Shown piece after piece: positions 58,745 to 64,000 of a stretch of 64,000 bases of DNA (position 1 is its first letter; every line of letters starts with the position of its first letter). Both the position numbers and the translations under genes were made by a program. The DNA lies in NCBI GenBank assembly GCA_964555645.1, contig CAZKTA010000001.1, positions 282,263-346,262 on the forward strand. The letters run 5' to 3'. The notes beneath the pieces are model-generated. The model did no database searches and had not been told where the DNA came from. It saw only the letters and a program-made list of their open reading frames with translations. Origin of the DNA: an uncultured Verrucomicrobiota bacterium. Lineage in GTDB: Bacteria > Verrucomicrobiota > Verrucomicrobiia > Limisphaerales > DTLC01.

Positions 58745-59539
58745 TCACAGGTTAAACTCCGGCCCGAGGTAAATCTCACGCGCTTTCGGGTCGGTAAGCA
58801 TTTCCTGGCCGCCACCTTCATAAAGTATTTGGCCGTTGTAAATCAGGTATGCCCGGTCAACCAACTTGAGCGTTTCGCGCACGTTATGGTCGGTGATTAG
58901 TATGCTTAGGCCGCGCTCTTTGAGTCTGCGAACAATTTTTTGCACCTCATAGACTGCAATCGGGTCTATGCCTGTAAACGGTTCGTCCAGCAAAAGCAAC
59001 TTCGGGCTTGTGACAAGTGCGCGTGTAATTTCGAGCCGACGTTTTTCACCGCCACTTAATGTGTATGCTTTGTGTTTGGCCAGTCGGGTCAGATCAAGTT
59101 CTTCAAGCAGGTACGCAAGTCTGACCTGTCGTTCCTCAGTCGCGAGTTTGCAGGTCTCGAGGATTGCAAGGATGTTTTGCTCGACCGTCAGTTTCCTGAA
59201 CACGGACGGTTCTTGCGTGAGATAACCGAGCCCGAGCCGTGCGCGTTTATGCATTGGCAGGTGGGTTATGTCGCTTCCATTGAAATTGACCACACCTTCA
59301 TCGGGGCGGATTGACCCGGCTATGATATTGAACGTAGTTGTTTTGCCGGCGCCGTTTGGGCCTAACAATCCAACAATTTCACCTGCCCGGACCTTGATCG
59401 AGACACCGTTAACAACCCTACGTTTGCGGAATTGTTTAACGAGCTTTTCAGCAACTAAAAGTCCGTTTTGTGTAGTGTTGGGCGCTGCCGTTGAGCACAT
59501 TTGGCTTGTCAAATTCGGCTTTGAGCTGGGCGCGCTCAT
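58745..59539 (-). CDS. lptB: LPS export ABC transporter ATPase LptB
   Basis: GPNGAGKTT, LSGGEKRRLEI and LLLDEPF motifs; immediately downstream of the OstA-like gene. Confidence 0.9.
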   Translation of the reverse strand: MSAPSSKPNLTSQMCSTAAPNTTQNGLLVAEKLVKQFRKRRVVNGVSIKVRAGEIVGLLGPNGAGKTTTFNIIAGSIRPDEGVVNFNGSDITHLPMHKRARLGLGYLTQEPSVFRKLTVEQNILAILETCKLATEERQVRLAYLLEELDLTRLAKHKAYTLSGGEKRRLEITRALVTSPKLLLLDEPFTGIDPIAVYEVQKIVRRLKERGLSILITDHNVRETLKLVDRAYLIYNGQILYEGGGQEMLTDPKAREIYLGPEFNL

Positions 59540-60627
59540 TGACTTGGTTCGGATATGAGCTTGTCGGGCTGCAACGGCGTAGCAGACGCGTTTGTGGCTG
59601 TTAATCGTGGGCTGAGTTGACCGGGGTCAGTTACCGCCGAGGCGCCAATGTGTGAATTGGTTTGCCCTGGCGAAGTTGTGGTGTTGAGCCCAGGTTGTGA
59701 CACTTTCATGCGCGGGTTTGTGGCTGTGATGCGGCCGGTAAGCCGGTCAAAAATTATAACCTCGCCGGCAAGTGTTCCCTGGTCGGTGTGCAGCACCGGG
59801 TTGCCAGTGAGCTCGACCAGCTCGTTTGTGAGGTTGTCGGTCACATTGTGCGTGTAAACTGCCTTTTGGCCAGTGCCGCGGATTTTTTTACCGCGTCCGT
59901 CAATGGCGTCAAACTCGACATTGTGCTCAGCAACGATGCTTTCGATGTGTCCCGTGTCGGCTGGTAGGCGTGCTGTTAAACGGTCGCACCGAACGTTCAG
60001 CACTGGATTAACAACGCGCACATTGCCGGTGTAACGGGCTTCATTGGCCTTTAGATCGAACTCGGCATGGTCGGCGAAGATTTCAGTTGCCGGCTTTTGG
60101 GCGGGCGGAGATTCGGTTGTCAGGGGCGGGTTTGTCTGAGCGCCAACGGCCAGTAGCCCGCCCGCAACCGCAGCGGGTGCAATGAACCTTGCCGAGATCG
60201 TTTTCAAAACACAGTGCACGTCGTTCGAGATGATGAGGATTGCGTCGTCGCGCCGCCACAAAAAACCTTTGCCACGGACCAGTACGCGACCGTCACCAGT
60301 TTGAACCTCGAGTTGGCCATCCGAATATGCCAGTTTGTTCTCTGAATTGTAATTGCACACAGGCGCTTTTATTTCAAGCTCGCGTTCACCCGTTTGGCGA
60401 AACGTATTGGCCTCCAACTGGTGGATGACAATCGTACCGTCCGGGCGCAACTCAGCTTCGGCACCGCGAAGCATTGCCCTAGGCTGGTTTTCTTTTGGCG
60501 GGCTGAAATATTCAGGCAGCGAAAAATTCTTGATCCGGCCCGGCAGCATTTCCTGAGCGCATACAATCAACCTGCACGCTGTGAAGGTGATGCATAATAG
60601 GTGTGCAACGATTCTTACCTTATGCAT
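59536..60627 (-). CDS. OstA-like LPS transport protein (LptC-like N-half plus LptA-like C-half)
   Basis: Signal/anchor MHKVRIVAHLLCITFTACRLIVCAQ. The C-half IFADHAEFDLKANEARYTGNVRVV...KAVYTHN...VELTGNPVL is typical of the OstA_N fold. The start is at an internal ATG of ORF 59536..60729. Confidence 0.7.
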   Translation of the reverse strand: MHKVRIVAHLLCITFTACRLIVCAQEMLPGRIKNFSLPEYFSPPKENQPRAMLRGAEAELRPDGTIVIHQLEANTFRQTGERELEIKAPVCNYNSENKLAYSDGQLEVQTGDGRVLVRGKGFLWRRDDAILIISNDVHCVLKTISARFIAPAAVAGGLLAVGAQTNPPLTTESPPAQKPATEIFADHAEFDLKANEARYTGNVRVVNPVLNVRCDRLTARLPADTGHIESIVAEHNVEFDAIDGRGKKIRGTGQKAVYTHNVTDNLTNELVELTGNPVLHTDQGTLAGEVIIFDRLTGRITATNPRMKVSQPGLNTTTSPGQTNSHIGASAVTDPGQLSPRLTATNASATPLQPDKLISEPSQ

Positions 60628-60808
60628 GCTGGATTTTTCAAAGGAGTGTCGTGCGGCGATACCGGTGCGGCTGCGGCAGCCAAAGCCGGCTGGCGCCTTT
60701 TCACTTTTGTGGTATTGCACACGCGTCATTATGTTGTAGGTCGCCTGCTACAAGATGCCAACCAGAAAGCCATAGGTCTAGGAAGCAGAAACCGGTTGGG
60801 TTCCAAGG

Positions 60809-61735
60809 TTAGCAAGCCTGGACAGGTCTTGCTGGTTGGTTGTGGACAGCTTCGAACACGCGGGTTAGGTTGTCGAGCAAAGCCGGCATATCAGATAATC
60901 GGATCATGTTTGGCCCGTCGCTCAGTGCGCGTTCTGGGTCCGGGTGTGTTTCAATGAAAATGCCGTCTGCGCCGGCCGCAATAGCTGCGCGCGCAAGCGC
61001 GGGTGCAAACTCGCTTTGGCCGGATGAACTTTTGCCTGCACCGCCGGGCAGCTGGACCGAATGGGTTGCATCAAACACGACCGGACAACCAAACTTGTGC
61101 ATGATCGGGATCGAGCGCATATCGGCGATCAAGTTGTTGTACCCAAAAGTTGTGCCGCGTTCGGTTACCAATAGTCGTTTTGCGCCGAAATGGCGGGCCT
61201 TGTCTACTACTTGTTTCATGTCGTTGGGGGAGAGGAATTGGCCTTTTTTAATGTTGAGAATTCGGCCTGTGCAAGCAGCAGCCTTTATCAGGTCGGTCTG
61301 GCGGCATAAGAAAGCTGGGATTTGCAGTATGTCCACCACCTCGGCTGCAGCCGCCGCCTGCGTTTCGGCATGAATATCTGTCAGCACAGGTACACAAACT
61401 TTTGCACGCACATTTGCCAGTACTTTAAGCCCAGATTCCAAGCCCGGGCCGCGAAACGACGTTGGCGATGTACGATTGGCTTTATCGAAGCTTGCCTTGA
61501 AGATGTAAAAGATGCCGAGCTTTTCGCAGACTTTCTTCAGGAACGTTGCCACGGCCAAGCACAACGACTCGCTCTCGATTACACACGGCCCGGCTATCAA
61601 GAACAGCCTTTCGCGGCGCCTCAACAAGTTCCAAAGTGCTACATTAGTCGGCACAGGCCGTTCTATACCAGCGCGCAAACCAGAAGTAAATCTGCGTTTC
61701 AAATTGTGTGCCACTTCTAGGTTCCAGTCTGCCAC
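60809..61735 (-). CDS. kdsA: 3-deoxy-8-phosphooctulonate synthase
   Basis: [22 protein letters not shown] and [11 protein letters not shown] motifs. The ORF has a roughly 40-aa N-terminal extension, so the true start is uncertain. Confidence 0.9.
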   Translation of the reverse strand: MADWNLEVAHNLKRRFTSGLRAGIERPVPTNVALWNLLRRRERLFLIAGPCVIESESLCLAVATFLKKVCEKLGIFYIFKASFDKANRTSPTSFRGPGLESGLKVLANVRAKVCVPVLTDIHAETQAAAAAEVVDILQIPAFLCRQTDLIKAAACTGRILNIKKGQFLSPNDMKQVVDKARHFGAKRLLVTERGTTFGYNNLIADMRSIPIMHKFGCPVVFDATHSVQLPGGAGKSSSGQSEFAPALARAAIAAGADGIFIETHPDPERALSDGPNMIRLSDMPALLDNLTRVFEAVHNQPARPVQAC

Positions 61736-61750
61736 CAGACTTGGTTTGGG

Positions 61751-63097
61751 TCAGATAACCGTGCCATGCGGTACAACACCGTCGCGTGGTATGATAACTA
61801 TGCCATCGCGAATGTAAAAAAGCTCATGGTCGAGGTTCTCCGGTTTGCCCGCTGGCGTGATCACTACGTTATCACCAATCCGCGCATTTTTGTCTATGAT
61901 GGCATTTTCGATTCGCGTGTTTTTGCCTATGCCAATCCGCGGTCTGCCTGCCATCAGGTTTGCTTCAACCGATTCAGGCGTTTCGTAGTAATCGCATCCC
62001 ATCGCGACCACACGGCGCAGATAGCTGCCGGACTCGACTATGCTTCGTAGTCCGATCACACTGTCAATAATTCTTGCCTTGTTAATGATGCACCCCTCGG
62101 AGATGAGCGCGTGCTCAATATGCGCGCCGTTGACCTTGGAGCTTGGCAAAAACCGTGCCCGCGTGAAGATCGGTGCCGTCATATCATAAAAATTGAATTT
62201 GGGCAGTTCCGAGGCCGCATCAAGATTCGCCTCAAAGAACGACCGGATCGTCCCGATGTCTTCCCAATACCCCTCAAAAATGTAGGCATAAACACGGTGT
62301 GACTGGATTGCCATTGGGATCACATCTTTGCCGAAGTCAGTAAGCTCGTTCGCAAGCAGTGGGCCAAGCACATCCCGGTTGAAGACATATATGCCCATTG
62401 ATGCAAGATACACTTCGCCGTGCTGTTTAATACCGAGTGATTGGCACATGTCGGCAGGCAGCTTCAATTGGTCCAGCAGACCAGGCTCGGCAGGTTTCTC
62501 AACGAACCTCTTGATGCGCTTGTCGCCGTCGATCTGCATTATCCCAAGCTGATTAGCCTCTTTGCGCAGGACAGGTTTTGTTGCAACCGTAACTTCCGCA
62601 TTTGTTTGGGCATGTTGCGCTATCACATCCCGGAAATCCATCCGGTAGAGCTGGTCGCCGCTCAAAATTAGCAGATATTCAAAGTCGTAGTGCATGAAAT
62701 GCGGGAGGTTTTTCCTGACGGCATCGGCGGTGCCCTGGTACCAGGATGAATCCGACGGTGTCTGGCCCGCAGCCAGAATCTCGACGAACCCACCACTGAA
62801 CTGGTCAAAGTTGTATGACTGCAAAATGTGCCGGTGCAAAGAGACCGAATTGTACTGGGTTAGCAGATAAATCCTGCGGAAGTTCGAGTTGATGCAGTTC
62901 GAAATCGGCACATCAACAAGTCTATACTTCCCAGCAAGTGGCACAGCAGGTTTTGCCCGGTCACGCGTCAGTGGGAACAACCGCCTGCCTGCGCCGCCCC
63001 CCATAATAACGCACAGCACATTGCTGGTATTGATGCACTGCTCGACCGACAACGCCATAACAAAAGCTTTATACATCCTGCCAATGTAGAAGCGCAA
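61751..63097 (-). CDS. glgC: glucose-1-phosphate adenylyltransferase
   Basis: MGGGAGRRLFPLTRDRAKPAVPLAGKYRLVDVPISNCINS. Alternative in-frame ATG starts lie at 63076 and 63058. Confidence 0.9.
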   Translation of the reverse strand: MRFYIGRMYKAFVMALSVEQCINTSNVLCVIMGGGAGRRLFPLTRDRAKPAVPLAGKYRLVDVPISNCINSNFRRIYLLTQYNSVSLHRHILQSYNFDQFSGGFVEILAAGQTPSDSSWYQGTADAVRKNLPHFMHYDFEYLLILSGDQLYRMDFRDVIAQHAQTNAEVTVATKPVLRKEANQLGIMQIDGDKRIKRFVEKPAEPGLLDQLKLPADMCQSLGIKQHGEVYLASMGIYVFNRDVLGPLLANELTDFGKDVIPMAIQSHRVYAYIFEGYWEDIGTIRSFFEANLDAASELPKFNFYDMTAPIFTRARFLPSSKVNGAHIEHALISEGCIINKARIIDSVIGLRSIVESGSYLRRVVAMGCDYYETPESVEANLMAGRPRIGIGKNTRIENAIIDKNARIGDNVVITPAGKPENLDHELFYIRDGIVIIPRDGVVPHGTVI

Positions 63098-63638
63098 GCC
63101 TTACCTCTGCATGTTTCGGCGCTATCTTTTTAGTTGAGTTGGCCAAAAGCACGCCGTTTCCGGTACTACCAAAATTGTCCCGCGCACGTTGCGGTCGAGC
63201 CGGTCCACATAAATGGTTTTTGCCGACAAAGCCTGGGATTATGATGCGTATCATTTTCAGTATATCGCCACGTGGGTGCGTACCGAGCCAACCGGCTGAA
63301 AAGGCCAAGGAGCGCCCAGGCTGGAAGCCCAGCTGGGAACGCGCAAAAATTTTACAGAAAAAACCGATTAAAGAGCCTGAGAAAAGCTCGTTTTTGCCAT
63401 GTATTGTGAGGGAAAAACCGCATCCGATTTTTTTTACAAAAAAATCCTTGCTATCCAACCTGTAGTGGTTAGGTTCGCCGCTGTCCCAACTAATTGGGTA
63501 TCCTGTGCCTATGGTGCAGCCCGGGTGCGGGGTATGTTAAAGATGAAATTTTGAGGTAAGTGGTGGGCGGCTCGGTGCGTGGAACCGCCCGGATGTTTTG
63601 ACGTAAAACCGAACCGAGAAAGCTTTTTTGTTTGAGCG

Positions 63639-64000
63639 ATGATCGAGACTCGCCAAGATGCTGTTGTCCCGGAACGGGCAAGTCAGGAATTGCCCGCTTC
63701 GGGTGCAGGGAATGGTTGTTGTGTGCAGCAGTCCGACAGTGCGTTGAGCGGCGCACTACAGATTGAACGCGTATTTAGCAACCCGAATGTGAGCCCGTTT
63801 GATCAGGTTGAATGGGAAAGGCGCACAGCAGAGATTACCGATGATAACGGTAAGGTCATATTTAAGCAGGAAAATGTCGAGGTACCTAGTTCGTGGTCAG
63901 TACTGGCCACGAAGGTTGTGGTATCGAAATATTTTTATGGCGAACTGAACACACCGGAACGTGAGACATCGGTTCGCCAACTGATCCATCGTGTATGCCG
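63639..64000 (+). CDS. nrdJ: class II (adenosylcobalamin-dependent) ribonucleotide reductase, N-terminal fragment running off the window
   Basis: Hand translation gives MIETRQDAVV...LQIERVFSNPNVSPFDQVEWERRTAEITDDNGKVIFKQENVEVPSSWSVLATKVVVSKYFYGELNTPERETSVRQLIHRV. It is open-ended, so it is not in the ORF track. Confidence 0.85.
   Translation, partial: MIETRQDAVVPERASQELPASGAGNGCCVQQSDSALSGALQIERVFSNPNVSPFDQVEWERRTAEITDDNGKVIFKQENVEVPSSWSVLATKVVVSKYFYGELNTPERETSVRQLIHRVC

Noticed and set aside
63098-63638. Cobalamin riboswitch or NrdR boxes upstream of nrdJ
   Set aside because: I looked for the B12-box and conserved AGGGAA…GGTG…GCCACTG-type core, and for 16-bp ACAC…GTGT NrdR palindromes, and could not find convincing matches by eye. 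It is kept only as an unexplained long leader.

Overview
This is a gene-dense 64-kb chromosomal segment, mostly housekeeping, with no rRNA, CRISPR array, transposase or integrase that I could see. The gene content suggests a Verrucomicrobiota/PVC-type Gram-negative bacterium: a PEP-CTERM protein, an autotransporter-associated beta-strand-repeat remnant, a GH29 fucosidase, a Tat-signal sulfatase with anSME, a long SecA, HprK/HPr next to lptB, and a class II RNR. That placement is inference only.

Gene order:
- trpS(-, partial), birA, coaX, trpA, GH29 fucosidase
- a UPF0175/DUF3368 toxin-antitoxin pair (toxin frameshifted)
- manC-like, ABM-domain protein, secA
- a 5'-damaged PEP-CTERM gene(-)
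- complete F1Fo operon atpBEFHAGDC
- RibD_C-like reductase(-), queA(-)
- a 16-kb dcw cluster: mraZ, orphan ORF, rsmH, ftsL, ftsI, murF, mraY, LysM protein, ftsW, murG, murB, ddl, ftsQ, ftsA, ftsZ-like
- TIM-barrel sugar-phosphate isomerase
- Cys-poor DksA-like, rpmG, rpsR
- tRNA-Ala(GGC)(-), a decayed PATR-repeat gene, hppA
- anSME(-) and sulfatase, copA(-), ppx(-), gnd, Tat-signal aldo/keto reductase(-)
- gatA/gatC(-), ptsH/hprK(-), lptB(-), OstA-like lptC/A(-), kdsA(-), glgC(-), nrdJ (partial)

The most unusual signal is the dcw cluster. Its terminal ftsZ homolog aligns colinearly with FtsZ, but by my reading it has lost the T1, T3, T4 (tubulin signature) and T7 nucleotide motifs while keeping the C-terminal FtsA-binding peptide. 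The cluster also lacks murE, murD and murC. It carries two non-canonical ORFs: an orphan between mraZ and rsmH, and a bitopic LysM protein in the murD slot. A 10-bp-phased TGTG repeat array overlaps its promoter.

All calls come from by-eye motif recognition and hand translation. No database searches were run.
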